Source: a virus (lineage: Duplodnaviria; Caudoviricetes). From it: DNA of 43,878 nucleotides. How positions within the stretch are numbered: position 1 is the stretch's first letter; every line of letters begins with the position of its first letter. Made by a program: the position numbers and the translations under genes. The stretch is from IMG/VR virus record IMGVR_UViG_3300037462_000290, positions 1-43,878 of that record; one strand, 5' to 3'. This document shows positions 24,611-34,769 of this stretch, piece by piece. Below the pieces are notes generated by a model. The model made no database searches. It saw only the letters and a program-made list of their open reading frames with translations, and was not told the origin of the DNA.

Positions 24611-24947
24611 TGCCTGGCTGGCCGAGTTCGACGATGTAGCGCACGGCCTGATGGCCGATATCGGCATCGCCGACACCGGTACCTACCGCACCAGCGCCGT
24701 CGCGGTGCCGTTCGCTGCGCCGATCCGCTGCATGGTCGATCGCAGCGCGCAGCAGTTCGGCACCCAGCAGCAGGGCGGCGGCGTCGAGGTGCTGGTCACG
24801 CTGATTCGTGAGCCCGGCCTGCGCTTTGCTGCCGGCGCGCTCATTGACATCGCGGGCGAGCGCTTCCGCCTGTCGCGGCCGACCGATCTGGACGACGAAA
24901 GCGCCCAGCAGTGGGCGGTGGTTTCGCTCGGGGCGGTGCCGGAATGA
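24603..24947 (+). CDS. Head-tail joining protein (gpFII-like)
   Basis: 114 aa, beta-rich, first gene of the tail block. Confidence 0.6.
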   Translation: MSNAWLAEFDDVAHGLMADIGIADTGTYRTSAVAVPFAAPIRCMVDRSAQQFGTQQQGGGVEVLVTLIREPGLRFAAGALIDIAGERFRLSRPTDLDDESAQQWAVVSLGAVPE

Positions 24948-25423
24948 GCGACGCGGTGAGCTTCCGTCTGCTGTCGAGCCTGCAGGCCCGCCTTCAGCAG
25001 GTGCGCACGGGCGTCGGCAGCCCGTGGCTGACGGATATCGGCGCCGACGTGCGCATCGACGGAAGCTTTGCCGGCTTCCAGGGCGTGGCAGATCCGCAGC
25101 CTGTCAGCACGGTGTATGCGCTGGAGTTCGACCGCGCCGAGGCAGGCAACAGCGCGAAGCAGGTGTCGTCCGAGATCGGCATCGTCATCGACGTGTTCAT
25201 CCCCGGCGACTCCGTCGAGCACATGCGCCTGGCGCACAACGCGCGCTGGGACCTGGTGCGCGCGCTGCGCGACTACAGCACCGACTTGCCGCGTGACCTG
25301 AGCGGCAGCGTCAACAGCCTCCGGCTCACCGGCGAGCTGATTCAACCGGCCTTCGGGTCAAACCTCATCGCAGTCCAGATCACCGCGCAGGCTGGGCTGA
25401 CTGAACGCTTGTCTGCGCAGTAA
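24944..25423 (+). CDS. Tail terminator-like protein
   Basis: LQARLQQV...WLTDIG...DLVRAL; precedes the tail tube gene. Confidence 0.6.
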   Translation: MSDAVSFRLLSSLQARLQQVRTGVGSPWLTDIGADVRIDGSFAGFQGVADPQPVSTVYALEFDRAEAGNSAKQVSSEIGIVIDVFIPGDSVEHMRLAHNARWDLVRALRDYSTDLPRDLSGSVNSLRLTGELIQPAFGSNLIAVQITAQAGLTERLSAQ

Positions 25424-25441
25424 CCCGAAGGAGAAACCCTC

Positions 25442-26248
25442 ATGGCCCGTAACAAGGTCCTGCAGTTCGAAGGCGACATCCGGATGTGGGAGCTCGATCC
25501 CGCAACCTCTGCGCGCACCCCGATTGTGGCAGACGCTGCCGACATCTACGGAAACATCCCGATCGAAGCCACGGCAGCAGTTTTCGGGTACGAGGCTGGC
25601 GAGCAGGTCAATGTGCTGAGCAAGCGCCGCGACCGCTTCAACCAGGCGATCTACTCCGACCAGCAGCCCGGTCAGTCGAACCTGTCGATCACGCTTGTGG
25701 CTGTGCCTCCGGCGATCGTCGCATCGGTCTACTACGGCGCAGCGGCAGACATCACCGTCACCGGCGCTGCGCTGACCGGCATCGCCGTGACGTTCTCGGC
25801 GAGTGAGCTGAGCCAGCCGCTGGGCCATACGTACATCGCGGCGTCGCCTGCGCCTGTGGTGACCAATGTAGGCGGCAGCACCACGTACGTGGCTGGCACC
25901 GACTACGTGATCGACCGTCGTCTGGGCCGCATTCGCCGCTTGGCCGGTGGTTCGATCCCTGCCGACGGTGAAGTGCGGGTGGCGTGCACCACGACCACCT
26001 ACACGTTGGTGCGTATCCGCGGTGGCGTGCAGCCGCAGCGCAACTTCTACATCGAGGGCGATTTCAAAAACCGCCCCGACCAGAGCGACAAGCGCCTCAC
26101 GGTCTGGAACGCCGCGCTGTCGACCGACGGCGAGGTTGACCTGTTCAGCGCCGAGCCGATCACCGTGACCCTCACGGGCCCGCTGATCACGCCGGAAGAC
26201 AAGACTGAGCCGTACATCGTCGAGCTGATCAACAACGAAGCAGTCTGA
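25442..26248 (+). CDS. Major tail tube protein
   Basis: Strong AAGGAG RBS; YVAGTDYVID..LGRI insertion; 268 aa. Confidence 0.75.
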   Translation: MARNKVLQFEGDIRMWELDPATSARTPIVADAADIYGNIPIEATAAVFGYEAGEQVNVLSKRRDRFNQAIYSDQQPGQSNLSITLVAVPPAIVASVYYGAAADITVTGAALTGIAVTFSASELSQPLGHTYIAASPAPVVTNVGGSTTYVAGTDYVIDRRLGRIRRLAGGSIPADGEVRVACTTTTYTLVRIRGGVQPQRNFYIEGDFKNRPDQSDKRLTVWNAALSTDGEVDLFSAEPITVTLTGPLITPEDKTEPYIVELINNEAV

Positions 26249-26260
26249 CGTTCCACTCCA

Positions 26261-26329
26261 CCCCGCGCGCCCGAACGCTCACGCCCTGCGTGGGACGGAT
26301 CGGACGGAACCCGACTAGGGCGCGCGGGG
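26261..26329 (+). ncRNA. Candidate structured RNA element (three-way junction)
   Basis: Perfect 12-bp closing stem 26261-26272/26318-26329 with inner hairpins 26278-26294 and 26300-26314; four GGA motifs. Confidence 0.45.
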
Positions 26330-26355
26330 CTCTATTTCCAGCCTGAGCCCTGATC

Positions 26356-26922
26356 ATGCCGACCACGATCGACCTATCGCCGCTGCGCGCCTCTGCCGCC
26401 TTCGTGCGCCAGCGCGCGGCCGATGCCGACAAGGTGGTGCAGCGGGCCCGGGCCACGCTGTCGCGGCGCCTGCTGGTCGAGGCGCGGCGCGACATCCAGA
26501 CCGAATACGCGCTCAACGCTGGCCGCATCCGCTCGGCGCTGAGCATCCGCACCGATGGCGACACCGTCGAGCTGACGGCCTCAGGCCGCGGCGTCGGGCT
26601 GGTCAACTTCCCGAACACCGGTGGCCGGCGGCGCAAGGAGTTCCGCGTCGAGGTCAAGCGCGGCGAGGGCAAGCGGCCGTGGGATGACGGCACCTTCATC
26701 GGCACCGCCCTGGGCGGCAGCCAGCAGGTGTTCGTGCGCGACTTCCGCGCGCCCAAGCGCCGCATGACCCGCGGTGCCAACAAGGGGCAGCTGAAGCAGC
26801 CGCTGCTGAACCAGTACGGGCCCAGCGTGGCGCAGATGCTGCGCCGCCCCGAGCGCCGCGAGCGTCTGGCTGAGTACGCCCGGGAGATTCTTGGCCGTGA
26901 GATCGAGAGGCTGACCCGCTGA
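26356..26922 (+). CDS. Minor tail protein, gpZ-like
   Basis: Basic 188-aa protein, VFVR...YGPSVAQML...REI pattern. Confidence 0.7.
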   Translation: MPTTIDLSPLRASAAFVRQRAADADKVVQRARATLSRRLLVEARRDIQTEYALNAGRIRSALSIRTDGDTVELTASGRGVGLVNFPNTGGRRRKEFRVEVKRGEGKRPWDDGTFIGTALGGSQQVFVRDFRAPKRRMTRGANKGQLKQPLLNQYGPSVAQMLRRPERRERLAEYAREILGREIERLTR

Positions 26923-29900
26923 TGGCTACCCGCGACGAGGTCCTGCGATTCCTCATCGAGGCCAAGGGCGACGACGAGCTGCGCGCTCTGGCGCTCGAGC
27001 TGGACAAGCTCGCCAAGTCTGGTGATGCCGCCGAGGGCGATATCAGCGCCTTCGTCGAGGAGCTAGACAAGCTCGCGCGTGTCGATCGCAGCATCGGCGC
27101 GCTGGTCAAGCTGAAGTCGGCTCTGGCCGAGACTGGCACCAACCTCGACCGCGCTCGCCAGCGCGTCGATGAGCTGGAAAAGGAGTTCGCCCAGGCCGAG
27201 CAGCCGACGGCCAAGCTGCGCCGCGAGCTGGAGGCCGCGCGCAACGCCGTTGACCGGCTGAGCAAAGAGCAAGGCCGCCAGACCGCCGAGCTCAACCGCA
27301 ACGCCAACGCGCTGCGGGCCGCCGGCGTGGACACCGAACGCCTCGGCAGCGCCCAGCGGCAGGTGCGGCAGGACATCACCAGCCTGAGCGATCGCTTCGG
27401 GCGCTACACGACGCAGCTGCGCGAGGCCGGCACAGGCGCGGAACGCGCAGCAAAGGGCACGCGCGACCTTGGCAGCGCGGCGAAGGCCGCAAACACTGAC
27501 CTCGCGGGCGTCGAGCTCGGCCTCGGCAAGATCGCCGCAGCGGCCGGCGCGGCCGTGGCGGCGCTGCAGGGCATCCAGTTCGGTACCGGTCTTCTGGCTG
27601 ACGCCACGGCGCTGCAGGGCCAGCTGGCCGAAGTGCAGGCCATCGCTGGCGCCGGCGCGGAAGAGTTCGCCCTGCTGCGCGAAGCCGCCGAAGGTGCTGC
27701 GGCTGACACCGGCATCGCCATCGAGCAGGTCACCGCTGGCCTCGGCGAGCTGGCGCGCGCCGGCTTCGAGACGAAAGACACCATCGCCGCGCTGCGCCCG
27801 GCGCTGGACCTCGCGCAGGCCGGCAGCCTCAGCCTGTCGGAGTCGGTGGAGATCACCACCACCACGCTTACGCAGTTCGGGGAAGGCGCCGACCAGGCGG
27901 GCCGCGTGGCCGACGTGCTGGCCAGCGCCGCCAACAGCACCCAGAGCAGCGTCGAAGGCCTGGGCCGCGCGCTCACCGACGTCGCGCCGCTGGCGCGCCA
28001 GCTCGATATCAGCTTCGAAGAGACGGTAGCGATCCTCGGCCGACTGGCCGACGAAGGCTTCCGCGGCTCGCGCGCCGGCACCGCGTTGCGCAGCGCCTTC
28101 GCTCAGCTGCTGGACCCGTCCAGCCAGTTCCGCGAAGAGCTGAGCAAGCTCGGCATCACCAGCACCGACTTCACCACCGTGCTGGAGCAGCTGGCCACCA
28201 AGGGCGACGCCGGCCGCACCGCGCTGCTCGCGCTGGGCCAAGAGGCCGCCCCGGCGATCCTCGCGCTGGCCGGCAAGGGCGGCGAGGCCATCCGCGCGCT
28301 CACCGCTGACCTGCAAGGCGCGGAAGGCTCGGCCAACCGTGTGGCGCAGGCGATTCGCGACACGCTGGGCAATGCGTTCAGCCGCCTGCAGGAAACGGCC
28401 GGAAACGCGATCCGCCAGCTGATCGACCCGCTGCTGAAGCCGCTGCAGAGCCTGCTGGAAAGCGTCACCGCCCGCCTTGCCGCCTTCGCCAACAGCGAGG
28501 ACTTTGCCAAGATCCGCGATGGGCTGGCGCTGGCGTTCGAGAACGGCGTGGCGACGGTTCGGGAGTTCTTCGACACCGTCGACTTCACCCAGCTCACGAC
28601 CGATGTGCAGACGTTTGCCGTTGAGGCGGGCAAGAGCTTTGGCGAGATCCGCACAAATGTCGAAGCCCTGGTGAATGGCTTCAACGCGGTTTCGTCGGCT
28701 GTGCGCGTGTTTGGCAACGCCATTCAGATTGGCGTCGCGGCTGCGGAGAGCAACCTGCTGTCCATTGAGCGGCGTCTGCTGAGTGTTCAGAGAGGCGTGC
28801 TCAACCTGAGCAACGCCTTTGGGTTTGTAGATGAAGAGCTCGCCGGAATCGACCGCCGCATCGGCGAGATCGATCGCCGGCAGACGCAGCTGCGCCAAAA
28901 CGGTGAGCGTGACTGGGGGCAGCTGAAGCAGGCGGCGTCAGAGTTCGGCACGGCCGTGTCCGGGGCTGACGAAGACCTGAAAGGCCTCACCAACAACACA
29001 GGGCCCATCAACGCCTTGGTTGGAGGCATCAAGAATCTGGCCGTGCAGTTCGGCCTGATTCCGCCCGAGGTCAAGAAAGCTGCCGAAGAGATCAAGCTGC
29101 TACCAGAGGTGGTCGCGAATGGCGCGGGTGCTATTCAGCAGAGCAATCAACAGTCAGCGGCCAGCTTTCAGTTGCCGGCAAATGCCAGCCGCGCCGCCGT
29201 CGAGGCGATCCTTGAGCAGTGGCGTGGGACGCGCGCGGCGCTTGAGCAACAGATCGGCGCTATTCAGCGCAGCTTGTCCGGTGCGTTTGATGACCCGCAG
29301 CTCACCGAGGAATTGCAGCGCAAGCTGCGCGAAGCGCAGGCAGAGTTGGCTGCGGCAGAGCAGGGTATCTCCTCGGCTGAGCAGGCCCTGCTCAAGCTGG
29401 GTGCAGCCGGTGATGAGGCGGCGCGAGGTCTGGGAAATGTTGGCAGCGCTGCAGGCGGCGCCAACGCTGCCCTTCGAAGCGTAGAACAGCAGTCGGACGA
29501 TAGCTTCAGCAACATCGGCAACAAGGTCAGCCAGGTCACTGGCGGTCCGCTCGCCGCGCTGGGTGCTGAGTTCGAGCGCATCCGCAAGCAGGCGGTGGCC
29601 CTGGGCGATGAGGCCACGCGCGCGTTCGACAGCACGCTGCGCGTCGGTGAGACGGTGCGCGGCACCGGCTTTACCATCGAGCAGTTCTACCAGCGGCAGA
29701 TCGACCGCCTTGCGCTCGCCGAGCGCACCACGCAAGAGCTGGCCACCGCCTACAACAACAGCGCCAGCCAGGCTGAGCGTCTGGCCAGCGCATCGGCAGA
29801 GGTCGCGCAGAACGCCGCGCTCAGCCTTGAGGCGCAGCGGGCGGCCAACCTCGAATACGCCCAACAGCTTCTGCAGATCGAGCAGGAGCGCGCCAAAGCG

Positions 29901-30140
29901 CAGGAACAGGCTGCGCGCTCTCAGCAAGCGGCTGCCGCCAGCCTCGGCGAGCAGGTGCGCCTGACCCAAGAGCTTGCGCGAGTGCGCGAGACGATGCCGC
30001 CGGAGGTGATCGAAGTGCGTGCGCGGAATGAGCAGAAGCCGGGCGAGATCCTGGCTGAGATCGGCGAGCCGCAGCTCGATGCGTTCGCGCAGCGGGTGGT
30101 GTCGCGCATCGCTATCAATGGCCGGGTGGTGCTCGGATGA
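26922..30140 (+). CDS. Tape measure protein (TP901-type core)
   Basis: 1,072 aa, Ala-rich helical; ELARAGF...ALDLAQAG...VADVLASAAN...GFRGSRAGTALR. Confidence 0.92.
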   Translation: MATRDEVLRFLIEAKGDDELRALALELDKLAKSGDAAEGDISAFVEELDKLARVDRSIGALVKLKSALAETGTNLDRARQRVDELEKEFAQAEQPTAKLRRELEAARNAVDRLSKEQGRQTAELNRNANALRAAGVDTERLGSAQRQVRQDITSLSDRFGRYTTQLREAGTGAERAAKGTRDLGSAAKAANTDLAGVELGLGKIAAAAGAAVAALQGIQFGTGLLADATALQGQLAEVQAIAGAGAEEFALLREAAEGAAADTGIAIEQVTAGLGELARAGFETKDTIAALRPALDLAQAGSLSLSESVEITTTTLTQFGEGADQAGRVADVLASAANSTQSSVEGLGRALTDVAPLARQLDISFEETVAILGRLADEGFRGSRAGTALRSAFAQLLDPSSQFREELSKLGITSTDFTTVLEQLATKGDAGRTALLALGQEAAPAILALAGKGGEAIRALTADLQGAEGSANRVAQAIRDTLGNAFSRLQETAGNAIRQLIDPLLKPLQSLLESVTARLAAFANSEDFAKIRDGLALAFENGVATVREFFDTVDFTQLTTDVQTFAVEAGKSFGEIRTNVEALVNGFNAVSSAVRVFGNAIQIGVAAAESNLLSIERRLLSVQRGVLNLSNAFGFVDEELAGIDRRIGEIDRRQTQLRQNGERDWGQLKQAASEFGTAVSGADEDLKGLTNNTGPINALVGGIKNLAVQFGLIPPEVKKAAEEIKLLPEVVANGAGAIQQSNQQSAASFQLPANASRAAVEAILEQWRGTRAALEQQIGAIQRSLSGAFDDPQLTEELQRKLREAQAELAAAEQGISSAEQALLKLGAAGDEAARGLGNVGSAAGGANAALRSVEQQSDDSFSNIGNKVSQVTGGPLAALGAEFERIRKQAVALGDEATRAFDSTLRVGETVRGTGFTIEQFYQRQIDRLALAERTTQELATAYNNSASQAERLASASAEVAQNAALSLEAQRAANLEYAQQLLQIEQERAKAQEQAARSQQAAAASLGEQVRLTQELARVRETMPPEVIEVRARNEQKPGEILAEIGEPQLDAFAQRVVSRIAINGRVVLG

Positions 30141-30565
30141 GCAGCCTCGGCGGCGTGACCCTGCCCGATGACATGGAGTGGGTCGACGAGTTCGACTGGA
30201 GCCCGGTCGCGCAGCAGGCCGAGATCAGCCTCGCCGGCGCGCTGGTCACCGAAGAGACCGCCCAGCTCACCGGCCGGCCCATCACCCTGCGCAGCGGCCA
30301 GAGCGGCAGCAACTACTGGGCGTTGGCTACGCGCGCCGACGTCGAGGCCCTGCAGGCGCTGGTGAACACGCCGCGCCGGCAGAGCACCCCGCTGGCGCTG
30401 GTGCTGCCCGACGGCCGCACCACGACGGTGCTGTTCCGCGGCAGCGGTGCCGAGCGTTTCAGCGCCCGACCGTGGAAACACATCGTGCCCGCCCAGGCCA
30501 CCGACCTCTACCTGATCGAGCTGCGCCTGTTGGCGGTGAGCGCGATCGTCACCCCGGACCCGTGA
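30137..30565 (+). CDS. Distal-tail-like protein
   Basis: LPDDMEWVDEFDWSPVAQ...SLAGAL...GRPITL immediately after the TMP. Confidence 0.7.
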   Translation: MSSLGGVTLPDDMEWVDEFDWSPVAQQAEISLAGALVTEETAQLTGRPITLRSGQSGSNYWALATRADVEALQALVNTPRRQSTPLALVLPDGRTTTVLFRGSGAERFSARPWKHIVPAQATDLYLIELRLLAVSAIVTPDP

Positions 30566-30569
30566 GCCC

Positions 30570-33500
30570 ATGACCGACATCAAGCTGCTGCGCCCCCAGC
30601 GACTCACCGACAACCCGGACGGCGGCGGCCTGGCCACCTCGGTCGAGATCGTCGACGGCCAGATCAACAACCTGTTCGACGACGTCAACCGCATCGACCG
30701 CGTCAACGGCGATGTCAGCCTGCGCAAGCTGTTTGCGGTGGCTGACACCAACGACGCCAGCACCTTCGGCGGCCTGCACCTGACCGTGCAGGCGCCGCCG
30801 CTGGATCCGAACGTCAGCGCCTTCCTGTTCCGGACGCCCGGCTGGGCCGATGAGCGCGCCGTGGCGCAGAACGTGGTGGAGCGCTACCTCGACCCCAGCG
30901 TGGTCACGCGCATGCTGCCCTACGACCGCCAGCTGGCCGGCCAGCGCACGGTGCTGGTGTTCCAGCGGCCTGAGTTGGCCCTGCCGGAGATCGGCGAGGC
31001 CTTCGTGCTGTCGAACGAGTCGGGCTCGCTCACCGAGTTCATCCGCGTGACCGACATCAGCCACCGGGTGGAGACCTTCACCGATGAGCAGGGCGAGTTC
31101 GACGCCCGGATCATCACGCTGACCATCTCGCAGCCGCTGCAGAACGAATGGCCGGGCTCGGAGCCCAACCGCTTCTTCCGCTTTGCGCAGACGACAAGCG
31201 GCGTACGCACGGGGTCCTCGCTGCGCGAAACCATCGTCTCAGATGCCGCGCGCTACTCGGGCACGGTGCCGCTGGCCGTGGACGCCGAGACCGGTGCGCT
31301 CACCCTGCGCGTGGCCAGTGTCTACGGCCAGCTGATCCCGGCTGCTGTCTCCGAAAGCCCGGTGCTGAATGCGCCGGCTGGTGGCACGCGCAGCCTGATC
31401 GCTGCCGCGGAGGAAGAGATCACCTCCGGTCCGAACGGCACCTACAGCACCAGCAGCACGCCGGTGCTGTGGTATCTGTCAGGCCCGGTGGTGCCCGGCA
31501 CGCTGCGCCTGACCAACGCTTCGGGCTTCGAGGTGGTGGACGACGGCGCGGGCCGGATCGGCACGCAGAGCACCGTCGACTACGAGCGCGGAGTCATCAC
31601 CACGCTCAGCCTGCCATCTGCGCTGGGTGCGCTGACGGCTCGCTACATCCCGGCGGCGGCCGTGGCCGAAAGCGCGCAGACGTTGAACCAAGCGATCACG
31701 CTGGGCACGCGCGGCAGCGTCTACGTGGCCAACCTGACGCCGGTGCCCGCGCCTGCCAGCCTGTCGGTGAGCTTTCGCGCCCTGGGGCGCTGGTACACGC
31801 TCAGCGACGACGGCTCGGGCGCGCTGCGGGCAGGCGGTGGGGCGCAGATTGGCGTGGGCACCGTCGACACCCTGACCGGCGACGTGAGCGTCACGCTGGG
31901 CGCCCTGCCGGACGTCGGCAGCAGCCTGATCTACAGCTGGGGGCAGAGCAGCACCTACGAGATCCGCACGCAGTCGGTGGGCACGCAGGTGCCCGAGGTA
32001 CAGATCCAGCTCGAAGCCGGCGTCAAGCCCAGCACGGTGAGCATCGAGTGGGAGGCCGACGGCGAGCCCAAGATGGCGACCGACAACGGGTTGGGCGTGC
32101 TCACCGGCGACGCGACCGGCACGGTGCAATACAGCACCGGCCTGGTGCTGCTGCGGCCGACGCTGCTGCCCGACAGCACGGCGACCTTCGAGGTCGACTA
32201 CGAGGCGTCGAGTGTCGTAACCGAAAACTTCACGCCCAGCAAGTCCGGCGCGACCATCACGATCACTGCCGCGGGGCCGATCCGCGAGCGCAGCGTGCTG
32301 ATCACCTACAGCCAGACCCGCGACCAGGGCCCGCTGCAGGTCAGCACCACGCAGCAGCTCACCGACAATGGCAGCGGCCAGCTGGTGGATGCCGGCGGCA
32401 ACATCAAGGCCGGCAGCAGCGTCAACTACACGACCGGCGAGATCACCTTCAACCCGGACTTCACGGTCAACACGCCCACGCTGAGCTACAGCGACTTCGA
32501 GCAAGGCCTGCCGGCGCGCACGGCGGACCCCAGCACCGGCTACTTCGCGGCGCAGGCGCAGTTCGGCTTGTGGCCCACCGGCTGCAGCAACGCCTCGCAG
32601 AGCATCGGCTTCGCGAGCGGCAGCGCGGTGGTGCTGCAATACAAGCCGGCCGCCGCCAGCGACGGCGCGCGCACGGCCAGCGTGCCGGCACCGCCGGTGC
32701 AGATCCGGCTGAACCGCGGCACCAGCAACACCGTGGTGCCCAGCAGCGTGGTGTTCACGCTCGGCGGCAGCCGTTACGTCGACCGCGGTGGCCGGCTGGT
32801 TCGCGACCCCAGCCTGACCACGGGCGCCGGCCTTGATGCCGGCAGCATCAGCTACAGCACCGGGCAAGTGCAGATCACCAGCTACGCCGGCGGCGTGGCG
32901 CCCGCGCTCGCTGTGCAGGCCCTGCTTACCGAGGTGGCGCCGCTGCCGCTGAGTGTCGCCACGGGCCGCACCCCTGGCAGCCCGATCCGCCCGGGCAGCT
33001 TCATCCTGCAGGCCAACCGCTACCGCGACGGTGTGCAGATCACCGGTGTCGCCGATCAAAACGGCAACATCAGCACCGCCGACATGCACGGCTACATCGA
33101 CGCCACCACCGGCGTGTGGTCGGTGGCGTTTGGGCGCTGGAAGCTGGCCAGCACGCTCACCGCCGACGAGCTCGCCGCGCCCTGGTACAGCGTAGAGGCC
33201 GTCAACGAGGACGGCTACATCTGGCGGCCCGAAGAGGCGCAGCCCGGCAGCGTGCGCTTCAGCTGCGTGGTGCAGACCAGCCTGCCGCTCGACCCCGCGA
33301 TCATCGGCGTCAACCCGGTGCGCCTGCCGCTGGACGGCCGCGTGCAGATCATCCGCGCCGGCGACACTGGTGTGATCCACGACACGCAGGCGTTTGCGTT
33401 GCCTCACCCGGTGACCGCCGGGCAGACCTACGCGCTGCCGCGCACGGGTCTGGCCAGCGCCGTGATCTACGACGCCAACGGCCTGGGCCTGCCGGCCGAC

Positions 33501-34163
33501 CTGTACAGCGTGGACCGCACCGCTGGCGAGGTGACGATGGCCGACCCGCTCGACCTGACCGGCTACACGCAGCCGCTGACCGTGCTGCACACGGTCGAGG
33601 ATATGTTCCTGATCACCGATGCGCAGATCGACGGCACGGTGTCGATCGCCCAGCCGCTCACGCGCGCCTACGACGCCAGCAATGCATTGGTCAGCTCGGC
33701 GCTGGTGATCGGCGACGTCGCCGCGCGGGTGGCCAACGTGTTCAGCCAGAACACCTGGACCAACGTGTGGAGCGACACTCTGATCGGCAACCCGCCGACC
33801 AGCGGTGCGGCCTACAACACCGTGGCCAACCCGATCGAAGTGGTCAACGCCAACGCGATCACCCAGCGCTGGCGCATCCAGTTCACCAGCAGCACCGGGT
33901 TCAACGTGGTGGGCGAGCAGCTGGGTGTGCTGACCAGCGGCACCACGGCATCCGACCTCAGCGTGACCAACCCCGCCACGGGCGAGCCCTATTTCGTGAT
34001 CCGCGCTGCGGGCTGGGGTACGGGCTGGGCCACCGGCAACCTGCTGCGCTTCAACACCATCGCCGCCGGCGGGCCGGTTTGGGTGGGCCGCACGGTACGG
34101 CCGGGTGCGGCCACGGTGCTCGACGACCGCATCCGCATCCAGGCACGGTACGACCGGGACTGA
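30570..34163 (+). CDS. Large tail/baseplate structural protein (1,197 aa)
   Basis: DIKLL..QRLTDNPDGGG...NNLFDD..RIDR..GDVSLRK; repeated DxGxG...G(T/S)VDYxTG beta modules; GWGTGWATGN.LRFNT C-terminus. Confidence 0.85.
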   Translation: MTDIKLLRPQRLTDNPDGGGLATSVEIVDGQINNLFDDVNRIDRVNGDVSLRKLFAVADTNDASTFGGLHLTVQAPPLDPNVSAFLFRTPGWADERAVAQNVVERYLDPSVVTRMLPYDRQLAGQRTVLVFQRPELALPEIGEAFVLSNESGSLTEFIRVTDISHRVETFTDEQGEFDARIITLTISQPLQNEWPGSEPNRFFRFAQTTSGVRTGSSLRETIVSDAARYSGTVPLAVDAETGALTLRVASVYGQLIPAAVSESPVLNAPAGGTRSLIAAAEEEITSGPNGTYSTSSTPVLWYLSGPVVPGTLRLTNASGFEVVDDGAGRIGTQSTVDYERGVITTLSLPSALGALTARYIPAAAVAESAQTLNQAITLGTRGSVYVANLTPVPAPASLSVSFRALGRWYTLSDDGSGALRAGGGAQIGVGTVDTLTGDVSVTLGALPDVGSSLIYSWGQSSTYEIRTQSVGTQVPEVQIQLEAGVKPSTVSIEWEADGEPKMATDNGLGVLTGDATGTVQYSTGLVLLRPTLLPDSTATFEVDYEASSVVTENFTPSKSGATITITAAGPIRERSVLITYSQTRDQGPLQVSTTQQLTDNGSGQLVDAGGNIKAGSSVNYTTGEITFNPDFTVNTPTLSYSDFEQGLPARTADPSTGYFAAQAQFGLWPTGCSNASQSIGFASGSAVVLQYKPAAASDGARTASVPAPPVQIRLNRGTSNTVVPSSVVFTLGGSRYVDRGGRLVRDPSLTTGAGLDAGSISYSTGQVQITSYAGGVAPALAVQALLTEVAPLPLSVATGRTPGSPIRPGSFILQANRYRDGVQITGVADQNGNISTADMHGYIDATTGVWSVAFGRWKLASTLTADELAAPWYSVEAVNEDGYIWRPEEAQPGSVRFSCVVQTSLPLDPAIIGVNPVRLPLDGRVQIIRAGDTGVIHDTQAFALPHPVTAGQTYALPRTGLASAVIYDANGLGLPADLYSVDRTAGEVTMADPLDLTGYTQPLTVLHTVEDMFLITDAQIDGTVSIAQPLTRAYDASNALVSSALVIGDVAARVANVFSQNTWTNVWSDTLIGNPPTSGAAYNTVANPIEVVNANAITQRWRIQFTSSTGFNVVGEQLGVLTSGTTASDLSVTNPATGEPYFVIRAAGWGTGWATGNLLRFNTIAAGGPVWVGRTVRPGAATVLDDRIRIQARYDRD

Positions 34164-34166
34164 TCG

Positions 34167-34769
34167 ATGCCCCTCGACTCCGTCAATCCGGACACCGTCG
34201 CTGCCGTTGCGGCGGTGCCGCCGATCGGGCCCAACACGCGCGAGGATGCCGCAGGCACCTTCCACGATGTGGTGCACCAGATCGAGCTCAACGCGATCGC
34301 TGAGCTGCAGGGCTTTGCCGACGACGCCACCGCGATCATCAACGACCTCGATGAGCGCGTGGCGGCCCTTGAGGCGGACCCGGGCGGCGGTGGCGGTCCG
34401 ATCGGCCGCACGCTCACCGCAGTGTTCGACGGCGGCAGCGTGTCCGGCACTCCGCAGAGCGTGGCGGTGAGCACGGCCGTGCAGCTGCGCGCGCCCTATG
34501 CGCTGACGCTCACGGGCTGGACGCTGATCCAGCAAGGCGCGACCGGCGACGTCGAGATCGATGTGCGCAGTAAGCCCTTCGCCAGCGGCAGCTTCGCCAG
34601 CCTCACCGGCGGCAGCGAGCCCAGCGCCAGCGGCGGCGGAAACGCCGAGGGCGGCGTCACTGGATGGACGACCAGCATTGCTGCCGGCGACTTGGTCGAG
34701 TTCGTCATCTCCGCGCGCACCGGGCTGGTGCCGCGCGTCACCTTTCAGCTGCAGGCCACCCAAGCATGA
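34167..34769 (+). CDS. Fibre/decoration-like virion protein
   Basis: Coiled coil LDERVAALE, Gly5 hinge, beta-sandwich-like C-terminus. Confidence 0.6.
   Translation: MPLDSVNPDTVAAVAAVPPIGPNTREDAAGTFHDVVHQIELNAIAELQGFADDATAIINDLDERVAALEADPGGGGGPIGRTLTAVFDGGSVSGTPQSVAVSTAVQLRAPYALTLTGWTLIQQGATGDVEIDVRSKPFASGSFASLTGGSEPSASGGGNAEGGVTGWTTSIAAGDLVEFVISARTGLVPRVTFQLQATQA

Noticed and set aside
26261-26329. Hammerhead ribozyme
   Set aside because: A three-way junction is present but the CUGANGA and GAAA core is absent on both strands.
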